64,000 bases of DNA from Lepidodermella squamata. Its lineage: Eukaryota > Animalia > Gastrotricha. The translations under genes were made by a program, and so were the position numbers. Shown here one piece after another: positions 25,401-35,965 of the stretch. Position 1 is the first letter of the stretch. Each line of letters opens with the position of its first letter. The notes under the pieces were generated by a model that was not told the DNA's origin, searched no databases, and saw only the letters and a program-made list of their open reading frames with translations. The stretch lies in NCBI GenBank assembly GCA_047495785.1, contig JBLDXI010000013.1, positions 2,976,001-3,040,000 on the forward strand, in the 5' to 3' direction.

Positions 25401-26754
25401 AAAGAAAAAGATAACTGGCATAGCGCGATAAATATCTATAATATAAGTTACGGTAGTGTAAAATGACGCACCGATATTTCATCAGGAGCTTTGCATGGAA
25501 CATTGCCGGGTCGGCAAATTGGAGTTAAAGCTGCAAATTTGTAGCACATGCGACCATTCTGTTCAGAAAATTCACAAAAAATGTCGCTTTGTGATGAATG
25601 TTTCATAGAATTACTCACCCCCGCTCGACACAAATCGAACGTAGTAAAACTGGGACCGGACTATATAGGATTTGGAAAATATTTTTTTTAACATCAAATT
25701 CACTTTTTTCAACATCAAATTACTTTTTCTATCATCAAACTCTTTTCTCAACAGCAAAATTCAGAAATTATTATTTGATAAGGAAGAATATACTTTCATG
25801 GTGAAGTTGTGGATTTTAAGTGCCTATCACCTCGGGTGATGATAGCGTGGCCCAGACTCGTGCCAGACCGATGAACAAAACTTCTGAGTAGCACGCCTCA
25901 GGAAGGCGTGCTCATTAAAGGAAGCTATTATCAACAGTCAGGGGTCTGCGCTAATCGATTATTGGATTCTTTGGCGATTCATAGTGGTTGAAAGACATTT
26001 TGAATTATAAAGAGACCTCGCAAACGGTGACGACATCACCTATTGTTATTGTCGCTGCATGCGAAAGTCCGGCTATGATGTCAACGATGTCAGTGCCAGG
26101 CAAAGTTGCTTCTCGGCGGCGAGACATAGGTACTGATGGCATCCGGGGCGAAACAGCGTCACAAGACGGCGTTATACGTTCCGGCGGCTTGACTTTGAAG
26201 GGCCCTGACTAATTTCACTCATTTGAATCATTGCCTTCGCAAAAATAAGAATCGTAAAATTATTCGGACAAATATTTAAAAATTCAATATTTTTTGGCCA
26301 AAAATCAAATATTTGTCCATAACTTTGCAAAATTGCAGCTAACTCAATTTTCTATAATTTCTTGAACGGGTTCGACAGCAACAAACTACATTGTTCTTCC
26401 GAATTTTCTGTTATTTTTCCGGACCGGTCATCATCAAGGGCTTTAATGAGTGGGGATCGCAAAAATTAAGATATCGAAATTTGCTGTTGAAAAAAGAGTT
26501 TGATGATAGAAAAAGTAATTTGATGTTGAAAAAAGTAAATTTGATGTTGAAAAAAATGTGACCCTAGGATTTGAGTTATAATAGGGTAGAAGATTTGAAA
26601 AGTGTTGTAAGTAAACCTGGTATTCCTTTAATAGGTCACAAGCCACCGAGCAGTCCACGAATGAATTGTCTTGTAGTGAAATACAGCGTTTCCATTGGCA
26701 CGATACACCGCCAAATAGGCAAAATAATGACAAGTAAGCTACGAATTTTATCAT
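22434..26754 (-). CDS. Secreted C-type lectin with five N-terminal four-Cys modules (~363 aa); exons 26754-26617, 25660-25619, 25558-25472, 25377-25309, 25258-25178, 25017-24966, 24908-24754, 22901-22434
   Basis: Signal peptide MIKFVAYLSLFCLFGGVSC; seven GT-AG introns keep one open frame. The CTLD has C...GGLLATI, FIGL, WVWSDG, W..GEPNN and the terminal Cys pair. Confidence 0.8.
23010..23180. repeat. Dispersed repeat, diverged copy at ~32475-32630
   Basis: Shared collinear blocks TTTTGACATC..GAT(G/A)CCGCTTTCAAGATC..GAGTCGAA(T/C)GATAT..GATAG..AGGGTTG..TGGGCTT. Confidence 0.65.
23527..24170 (-). mobile_element. Degenerate non-LTR retrotransposon ORF2 fragment (N-terminal RT region) in a lectin intron
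   Basis: KAPGLDGIQNVYLK and, after a frameshift, WKGAAVVPILKAGK...SSQRPIS, matching the LINE motifs KAPGPDGI and WK.A.V.PI.K.GK...YRPISL. Confidence 0.8.
25675..26564. mobile_element. Mutator-like non-autonomous element with repetitive ~85-bp inverted arms and 9-bp TSD
   Basis: Arms ~25680-25762 and ~26477-26558 are reverse complements built of ~20-21-bp subrepeats (TTTTTCAACATCAAATT); TAGGATTTG at 25666-25674 and 26565-26573. Removal leaves a typical 57-bp intron. Confidence 0.75.
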
Positions 26755-28139
26755 GTTTAAAGAATATAGAGAATAATTTGAATGGCGGATGGAAAAAGGT
26801 TCGACGAAATGATCACTGTGTCCGAATACAATAGGCTGTTTACCGTTGGATAGCACGAGTTTTATTCATCGAAATCAAATAAAACAAAAAATTTGAAAAC
26901 GCACTTAATCAAAACAACATGGGCCTATCTATTTCATTCACCGCCTTAAAAATTATATAAAAAATGATGAAATACGATCGACACACTTTTTTAAATTCTG
27001 CCAAGCTCTTTTTTCGCGTATTAATTATTGTCATAGAGCTGATAGACTTTGTTGGAAACGATATGCGGAGGGGGTTGGTGGCCTTCGTTAATTTATTCCC
27101 TTATTAGATGCATTGTTCATATTGCGCGCCTGAGCAATTTCAAAAATTGGGTTTTTATTTAATTGAATTATTTGAATTATTGAATTATTGAATATTAATT
27201 GAATTATTATTGAATTGAATTTAATTATTTCGACGAAAGACGTCTTTTCTCAAATTTTTACTGCGGCTTCAATATGGGCAAGGGAGTCATTGTAAAAGTT
27301 CCCAAAATCATGGGCCAACTCACCAAAACGACCTTTATGAACATTTTAGCTCTAGTTTTCGCGACAAATAATTTAAAAAAATTAAAATAAAAAATTATTT
27401 CGTGCTCTAAAATCCGAATACTGTATAACGCTACAGGACAGGGTAATTTCGGACACTTTTGATTTGATTTCTCCAAAACCCTGGTAGATAGAAATACCGT
27501 TCAAAATGCAGGAAATAGCCCAGAGTCTTGTCTTTTAAATGATACCTGAAACATGAGAAACGGATTTTTTTTACGAAGAATGGTTGCACTTCTTCGCAGG
27601 TGAGCGCCAAGGTCAGTTAGGCTGGCATGTTTGGAACAAATTTATACCAAGCATTTTGCCTGAAATTCCGCCAGAAAAACCGATAGCCTAATTTTTCAAT
27701 ATACTAAAATTTTACCGATAAGTTGACAAAATTGTACATCAAAAAGTGCGTCTTTGCCGCTTATTTACCTGGAATCGGCTCTTTGAAAAATGTTATTTCC
27801 ACCTTGACAATCCCTGGAATATCGTTAGCTCCATTTCCATATAAAAAATATTTTCTGAAACCACCTGGGTGAGGAGATACAGATGGGTCATTTTGCTATT
27901 TTTGATGCTTCTCGTATAAAAAATCAATCGCCAACAATAATCGAAACGAAATCGGAAAAAATAACTGGATATTCCTAAACCAGAAGAGGTCAGGAATATT
28001 TCGCACATTTTTACAGAATATTATAATGAAAGGCCCAGGTATATGCCAGCAGGTAGAAAACATGTTGTTAAAGTTGTACCTGCCTAAATTTTACTGCTCC
28101 CCGGTAACTGATCAGGTGTTAATTGAAGTTTTGTTATAA

Positions 28140-29091
28140 TTAAGCATAGGTTTCACAGTAAAATGCCAACTCAAAGCTACAAGGATAGTCGTTGATAACA
28201 GGGCTGTTAATATAATAGGTCAAAAGACCACATGCATTTGCACCACTATTTGGTTCATTTAAGTTCCAAGGCGGGTAGTTGGCATATGGCGCGCCATCAT
28301 ACCACACCCATTGCCCAGAATCATTCGACAGGCCAATGAAGCCGCCCGTGTTTCCAGAGACCGCCAGAGCATCGGCAGCTTCCGCCTCTGTCTTGATTGT
28401 CGCTAACAACCCGCCAATGCTCGCGCAAGTTGCGATCGCATTGTCGCGACTCATTGCGGTTTCGTAGAATTTAAACGTTTTAACGGGGTTCTGGCAAGCC
28501 TGCATGTTGGCGAAAGACTTCGATGGGTATGGCTTTTCAGTGGCCTGGCAAGCCGCCTGTCGGCATGTAACTGCGCCATTAGGTCCAAGGCACCGGTAAA
28601 ACTAAATTTTGCGCAAAATTCGGAAAATAATTACGATCCATAGCGATTAAAATTGCTTTCCTCTGTGTGATTTCTTGTGATTTCTATTGAAAATTCTTAC
28701 CTGAGCCACCGTAGTTGTTACCGGCGTTGTTGTTGTTGTTATTGTTGTTGTTGGTGGTGGTGTTGTCGATGTTGTTGTCGTAGTCGTTGGTTTCGGATGA
28801 TAATAAATCCACCAGGGTAGCAGCGGAGCCACCTCGTCGCTGCCGTCATCGATCGCATAGTAAAAGTAAGGCGAACTCTCGATTCGATTCACATTCGAGT
28901 TGGTGTTAGCATTGTCACCGAGGGCGATGCGTCGCCATGATCTGTGCTTCGGTTGTCGCCTGGCTGTAGGAAGCCCTGCTTCAGAAAAGGCAATGCCTAA
29001 GCGGGAAGAAAACTGGTATTTTTTTATGAAACAGTTTAAAGAAGAAAAAACCTATGACGGCAAGGCTTATTGAAATAATGATCAATTTCAT
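28140..29091 (-). CDS. Secreted C-type lectin with Thr-rich mucin-like linker, one four-Cys module and an EPN CTLD (3 exons)
   Basis: Signal peptide MKLIIISISLAVIG, poly-Thr exon ending at 28701; last exon 28601-28140 is highly similar to 22901-22434. Confidence 0.85.
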
Positions 29092-29414
29092 TGCTTTCAA
29101 AAGTTGAAAATTCGAAATTTGAAACGCCTAATAGAAACACGCCGCCCAAATTTTAAATCTGCAGCTCAAATTGAGTGTGCGTGCAGCGCATTGTGTGCGC
29201 AGCGCATTTTTATCAAACGCAGCCCAAATTACGCAACCTGCAGCAGGATTTAAATGATTGCAGCGCGATTTAAGAAGTGCACAAAGACTTAATACGTAAA
29301 GACGTGAAATTATTCCCCGAATTATTCAAAAAAAGCGTTTGAGAAGTCACTTTTTACAAGTATTATCGCGATTACAAGCGGCTGGGCAGTTTTCGATGAT
29401 CCAGGAGGAAAATA

Positions 29415-30118
29415 TGTTTCCATTGTTTTTTTGGAATTTCAACCGGCGGCGGCCGGCTGGTTTCCTATTTCTAGGCATCGCCAATTCAGTGCGATTCAGG
29501 GTCAACGACCGGTTCTAGGTGCTAGTGGTTGCACGTGAGCCACCGATGGCTATAAAAGGGGAGACGAATAGGGCAGAAACGTTGTGAGGTGTTCGAATGG
29601 CGCCGCATGGCCTGAACTAGTAACCGTGTTATTGACCTCATTTTCAGCGCCCTCGCATTTCACACGGGTTTTTCTTGTGACTAGTACCGCACGGGTTGAA
29701 GCCCCACGGAATGCCGGGTGTGCCGAGCGCTCCTTACCAGTTTTTTCATTCTATCCTGGCACATTGACCCACGCGCCAGCTGCAATAGCGTCGAATAACT
29801 CAGCACAGATTCAAAAGGTGATGATCGGCGCGTGCTTCCGCTTAATCGCACCCGTGACAGCCGGCGCCCCATCGCGCAGAGTGACCGTAAAGGGCGGAAA
29901 CACGTCTGGATAAGTAAACAACGGATGAATATGTTGTACCCTTACAACGGATGAACGCTGTAAGGGGCCTTGAGCTGTCTATACTTGTCTATTCCTCCAA
30001 GGCTCTTATAGCACAGCGTTTCGCCGCGACGTCTCAGTGGCGGGGCTCGATTCCCAGAATGCAATAAACGGCTGATTTGGGCAATCCGTCGATTGTCACC
30101 CCAGGCCTGCCCTACACA
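29415..30118 (+). mobile_element. Possible solo LTR
   Basis: GC-richer island starting TGT, with TATAAAA at 29551, AATAAA at 30064 and ending ACA. No exact TSD was found, so the boundaries are uncertain. Confidence 0.3.
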
Positions 30119-30358
30119 ATTACGACAAGCAGTAAGACATTGAATCCCACCCTGCTCATTTCTCTACGTCGACCCGGGCGTAGCAATATTTTTGTATCGG
30201 TAATTTATGGAGTTAATCATGAATGGCTCCCAGCCAGTCATGGATTTCGACGGACTTCGGTGCGCCAATTTGAATTTATTTGGAATTTATTCATCTCAAC
30301 GATCTTTCGCGCCTTGAGATAATTAGCGTTTGATTGAATAATTCGGCGTGTACCCCAG

Positions 30359-30554
30359 TCATGTGACGTAGATGCTGACGGACGCAGGACTACCCCGATT
30401 TTTTGCCTGAGCCACCAAACACGAATATTCAGAAATTCGGCCCGGCCTCTGCATCAAAACAATGATAAATCGAACGAGATTTATCATTGTTTCGCGATGT
30501 TTTCAGGCAAAAAATCGGGGTAGTACTGCGTCCGTCAGCATCTACGTCACATGA
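30359..30554. mobile_element. 196-bp MITE with 52-bp TIRs, an internal hairpin and a 6-bp TSD
   Basis: 30359-30410 and 30503-30554 are reverse complements (1 mismatch); CCCCAG at 30353-30358 and 30555-30560; inner stem AAACAATGATAAATC/GATTTATCATTGTTT. Confidence 0.85.
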
Positions 30555-31689
30555 CCCCAGTTGAATTTGAATTTAAACTCTCTCATCGATCTCGCGTGCC
30601 ATAAAATAATTGGCATTCGATTGATTCATTCGGCGTCGGGGTTTCACTGTTTTGACTGAGCCTCCGCATAGCGATAAATCGGACAATAAAATCAATTGGT
30701 TCAAAATTGCACCTTGAATTCTTCAGGTTTTGGAGCCTCCCGGGCGCTTGATAGAATCTTCCTTTCAGCCCATCTTTGGTACAAAGAGGTGCCTAGAGTA
30801 GGCTTTCGGCTGTCTAGATAACTAAACCTCGTCCCAATCGGATTCTCCCTCGGGGCGCCCTGGGTCCCGGAAAATAGGTTCAAACTTGCACCTGGCTGAT
30901 TTCATCGAGTTTCGGCGGAGTGTCTCAGCGAATCGAAAGCATCGCTTTCGACGCTTTCTCATCAAATTTTCGCTATTTTGGGAAATTCGAAAAACGCATC
31001 GTAGCACCGTAATAACACCAGTAATAACAGTATGGTAACAGCAACATTGTAGCTAGATCGTGGTAGTATTATCTGGGTGCTACTTATTCGTAATTATGTC
31101 GAAGGTTGAAAATCAGTCTCTGTTCTGAATTTCTGCAATTTGAACAAAAAAAATAGATGAAAAATTCGGAAATATTCTGTCACCAATTTTATTTTCACGT
31201 TATTTTCAGGTAGATGCCTCGGTATAACGCATTGCCGTATTTTCAGTTTTTCTTCTTCCATTTCAGAAAGAGCAGTGAAGGTGATAAAGTACCCTTGCTG
31301 AATTTTATTTAAAAATATTTATCAGGGGATGCCGAAACTATCCAAAGTTACGCTGCTTTTACCTATTTCTGAAAATCGAATTTTATGCAAAAAGCTTCAT
31401 TTTTCTCACTTTTCAATTCCTGAAAAGTTAATGACCTGAACCCCTAAGATGCGCAAAGTTCCCTGTCCAAAATCACCCCGTTAATTTATCAGTAGAAATT
31501 CGAGCTATGGAATCTGGCACTGGCTGGATCCTTAAAATAAGATCGATACTGCACACGCAAACTATTTTTCGTAGCGCAGGTGAAATTTCCGTCCACATCA
31601 TCGATCTGGAAAAAGCCCTCTGCATTATGTATCAACACGGGTTTCAGAAAATTGGCTAGTTTGTAAACACCCAACCCTGACTATGGTTT

Positions 31690-32418
31690 TACGTGAGTGT
31701 GAGTAATGCTTTCATAATTCATGCGTTCCTATCATTCGTGCAGTAGGGCAAATACTGCACACGTTTTTTTATTGATAATAACGCGAGCTGTGGCATCAGA
31801 ATGAAAGCGCATTGCATCATGCTGTCTGAGTGCATGCAGCTAGGGTATAAAAGGCCGTCGTTTCTCGTCAGTTTTTTAAGCTTGTCACCGCACGGCCATC
31901 ATGTCATCGACACATCGCGTGTTGTTGGCGGTCGCTGCGCTGCGGACAGGTGGGTTCAAGCCGGCGCTTCTGGCTCGGCACTTTGCCGACCCAAAAGTCG
32001 CGCGAAGTCGACGACGCTCACCGCTAGTTGTCGACTGGAAGGAACTCCTGTCGTGGCGCAAGTAAACTTACTTCGTAACATTTTTCGCTTACTTCGAAAT
32101 TTTGCCGGGCCGTTTCAACGGTTCCGGCGCCTCAGAACACCGCCCCACTTTACCACCGGCCGATCGGCGTGTCCACAGCTGCTCTGCAATCGCCCTCGGG
32201 CGCCATTGAGTAGGACACGCTGGTTAGCCCGGGGCCAATTCGCCGCATCTTGAATACTTTCGTTATATAAAACTCGATCGTATCTCGATGTGACTTGAAT
32301 TTGGCACCGGGTTATATTTTATTCATCTTTGAGGCGGTTGAATTTCGAAGTAAGCGAAATGTTACGAACGAGGCTTACTTGCGTCATTCGTACAGTTGCC
32401 CCCTTTCAGCCGACAACA
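31690..32418 (+). mobile_element. Possible second solo LTR
   Basis: GC-richer island with TATAAAAGG near 31846 followed by TCAGTT about 22 nt later, ending ..AACA; no TSD confirmed. Confidence 0.25.
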
Positions 32419-33184
32419 AAATGGTTTGTTTCAACTCTGATCATTATTTTACCATTCCTAACAGTGGAAAATTGGGGTTTGGCGACATTTTTGACATCAT
32501 GAGATTTTGATACCGCTTTCAAGATCAGCGAACGAGGAGTCGAACGATATGAAAAAGTGGTTGATAGTCATCAGGGTTGCTAAGATGATGGGCTTCAAAT
32601 TTTACGGGTGAAAATTTCCAATTTCGATAAAAATTGTTAAAAATTGTTTTAAATTTTTATTGCATCAATCGCGCAATAAATTCTTATGTTATTTTGTATT
32701 TTGCGCAGTCGAGATTTTTCTGTGTAATCTGAAGTGAGAAATCTTGCTAGATTTTCAAAAATTTGGTTTGAATCAAGTTAGTGATTCCACATTAACCTGA
32801 ATCGATAAGCCAATTCTGCGACACTTTGGGCTTTCGCGTCTTTTTAGGTGGGTGGGAGCGCCCTAGAGGTCTGAATTTTGAAAATTCAAAATCCTCGAGG
32901 AAAACTGAATAAGAACGTCTAGGGATCCAATAATATTGTCCCTCTTCAAGTCAACGCACTTTTTGCTGGAAAATGCAGAAAATACGCCAAACCCCATTTT
33001 TCACTTGTCATTTATACTTTTAATTTATTTCAATAGGTAGAAAAATCAGAAAAAAATCATCACATTCTGCATAGCTGCCATCATTATTGATCATTAAAAA
33101 AAGTCATCCGTAGCACAGTTCCATGAGCATGCCCCAAAGTTGCCACCAAAATGAGGTCGCAGCTGTGAGAAAATTCAAAAAAAA

Positions 33185-33652
33185 TTAATTGAAGTGAAAT
33201 GTCATGAATTTTTTGACCCACTGATAACGGCTGCTAAAGTGACCAGGCCATTTTGAGTTCGATAACTGATGGTATTGATATCGCTTGGTCCCAACACGGC
33301 CATCACAACAGTTGTAGCTTGAAGGACGAAACATACAACATAGCCGATGCACGAAAATAATCGCCACGTTAAGGCTATGAAAAATTAGAAAAATTAAGAC
33401 TTGAATTTCGCCAAATTCAAGAAGGCTATTACCAGCTCGTTTCCGCCCGTCTTCTTTCGCGATGATGATGCAGGCCTCCAGTATAACATCAGCTGTTGAG
33501 ACGAATAAAATCGCAGTTCCGAACGATATCAAAGCCATGTGGCTATCGTTTCGGTTGACATCGGCCGCCATTAGACAGGACAAGCCGAGGAAGCAAATTA
33601 TGAACATGAGTATGATGTCAGGAAATCGGCCACGGCCGAATAAGCTGATCAT
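33185..33652 (-). pseudogene. Fragment of an MFS-type membrane transporter resembling the folate-biopterin (BT1) family
   Basis: Hydrophobic helices with SLFGRGRFP, ADVILEACII and GEIQ, then in another frame LTW...IG, reminiscent of BT1 motifs PIFG.RR.PY, DV..DA and LQS..W. The frame is broken and both ends are missing. Confidence 0.35.
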
Positions 33653-33813
33653 GATTTATGTTGAATTTATACCAAAGAATTATAACGTAAAAATATTTAA
33701 ATTATAGCCAGCAATAATCAAGCCATCGATGCTGTGTTACATCTATAGATAGATGCATAATAATGAAAAATAAATTATTGAATAAATTAACAGGGACATT
33801 TAGGACGATAATT

Positions 33814-33996
33814 GAGACGCTCTGCCAGAAAACAGCCCAATATAAATTTTATTTTTATTTTATTTATTATTCTTGAAATTTTATAACGCAAAAAATCCTC
33901 TATTTTATGAGATAACAACCAATTTTCGAAAAATTAACGCCTTGGTTGCTCTCAAGTAACAATGAATATTTGGGCTGTTATCTGGCAGAGCGTCTC
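33814..33996. mobile_element. MITE with ~27-bp TIRs
   Basis: GAGACGCTCTGCCAGAAAACAGCCCAA ... TTGGGCTGTTATCTGGCAGAGCGTCTC (1 mismatch), flanked by ATT on both sides. Confidence 0.75.
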
Positions 33997-34707
33997 ATTT
34001 TAGTAGTAAAACCTTATACTTAAAAATCTATTTGACTTGGAAAATCTTGAAACTTGCGGTGAGGTGAAGTGTAAAAGATTTATCAACTTAAAAGGTACCT
34101 ATAATTAATGAAGTGAAAGGCTATTCATTATTCTCGAGCTGCATTTGAAAAAGATGATTTATGACGCCGCTCTAGAGAAGCGCGGTTAAAATTCGAGCCG
34201 AAATAGTCGGCAGCCTTCGTATTATATTATCTAAAAAAATGGTAATTATCATTATTGATGACTTTCGCTTGGCGCTGCGGAAACGCAATGAATATCTACA
34301 CGAGGAATTTTACATCATTTATTCCAGACACCCATTCATTTTCTTAGACCCAATAAATATACTCTGCGATATGGTAGGAAAAATCTTCGGTGCAATTTAT
34401 TCTGCGCAAATAATACGAAGCGAAAATATATGCGCGTAGTATATATTATGGCTGAGAGAATTTAACTTTAAAATCGAATGATCCTGTATATATAAGCTCT
34501 CGCTTTTAAAAGCGGAAATGAGAGCTCCTTTTACACCGCAAATTTTTCTGAATTTATTTAGAGCGCAAATAAAAAAATACGTTGTGTAATCCACAGATAA
34601 AGGTACCTATATAAAGTAATCGGCTCAATATTGACCATTGTCCAATTTATATTGCAGTCGATCGCGCAGCGTAATAACGCGTCAGGGGCCTGCAAATTCT
34701 ACGATAT

Positions 34708-34754
34708 ATTCGATCCATAGACAATGATGTACCATCATTGTCTATGATTCGATC
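34708..34754. mobile_element. P-element-type excision footprint (31 bp of fused TIR ends between 8-bp TSDs)
   Basis: ATTCGATC|CATAGACAATGATGTACCATCATTGTCTATG|ATTCGATC; the two halves match the two termini of the element at 35966-37746. Confidence 0.85.
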
Positions 34755-35548
34755 ATTTTCATGTATTATTCATAATTTTATACCTGCCAGAATCGATTCG
34801 TTGCTATAAAAACCCGATTCGCTCTGAGAATTTCTAAATAGGGGTTGTTTTGCCTATTTAATATTGATTGCTATTTCGTGGGAAACCTGAGTAGGTCAAT
34901 GCTGGAGGTTCAATTCTAAACGTGACTCAGATCGATTAGAAGATTGTATTAGTCTGATACGGATATTGCGTCACTTAATTGAGCTGCCAGCTATATTTAG
35001 TCAAACATTTTTTGAACAATTTTGCCGTTGCACATATTGTCCAAGATGCACTAATATTTTCCCATTGATATTCGCAAAAAAAAATATGCGCATGGAAATA
35101 AAATTACCTGAAAATGAATGAAAACATATAGATATCCGCCTGCAGCCGCTTTGCTATTTGATTGGTTTCCTATCCGTTGTATACTCAGAACATAAAAAAT
35201 GCCCGCAGATATAGTAAAATGGAAAATCACGATAAAAAATATGCCGTCGATGATATCGCATTTTGCGTACCGATTTTTTTTCGTTCTCATTCGATTGAGT
35301 TCAGGTGCGTATTTATAAGAAAAAGTGAAAAAATAATAAATAAAAAGAAAAAGTTGATTTTTCCAGCATAAATACGTGGTTTAACCTTTCGTGTCAAAAT
35401 TCATCGACTCCAATCGATGTGCAGCTTTTAAGGCGGCTCAGCATGATTTCGCAGCTTGATTGCAAGTGGTTCATAAAAGCTCATTTAAAATGCGATTTGT
35501 AGAAATAAAATTTCAGCTGGGTGTAAATTTGTCATTTCGCATTGTAAA

Positions 35549-35965
35549 ATGACGATTATCGTATTTTTGATTTTAGCGATTTCGCCAACTTTTGGGCTCG
35601 TCTCTGAGATGGAAATTCTCGATAATAACAATAGCTCACTGGCTCTGACGATAATGAACCACCTTCCAGTGTCAGCGATAGACCCGCGGCTGTTTCCGAA
35701 CACAATATCGCAAAAATCGGACCATCACAAAATAGAAAAATCAGCAGCTGCTTCGCTGCGAGTTTTGCTTGACCAGCTTGAAAACAGCGACTACGACCCT
35801 AGATTCAGGCCTCACTACAGAGGCCGGCCTGTAGTCATATCGTGTTCGGTTCATATTGGTTCGATAAGCGCGATTTCAGAGGCTAATATGGACTTTTCAA
35901 TCGACTTTTATTTCCGCCAATCTTGGGACGATTATCGACTGCAATGGAGTGACAATGACACAGAT
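35549..35965 (+). pseudogene. Truncated Cys-loop ligand-gated chloride channel (GABA/Gly/GluCl-like) N-terminus, cut by the P element
   Basis: Signal peptide and YDPRFRP...SISAISEANMDFSIDFYFRQSWDDYRL; homology stops at the TIR and no downstream channel exons are seen. Confidence 0.8.

Noticed and set aside
27160-27230. (TTGAATTA)n tract
   Set aside because: Simple low-complexity repeat with no further structure.
30001-30062. A-box/B-box-like motifs suggesting a tRNA or SINE
   Set aside because: No cloverleaf can be folded and the B box is imperfect.
31489-31674. 61-aa ORF as a gene
   Set aside because: Non-ATG start, lies among repeat-like sequence, no recognisable similarity.
35051-35290. 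Hydrophobic ORF as a membrane-protein exon
   Set aside because: A donor-like site exists but no partner exons or family motifs could be identified.
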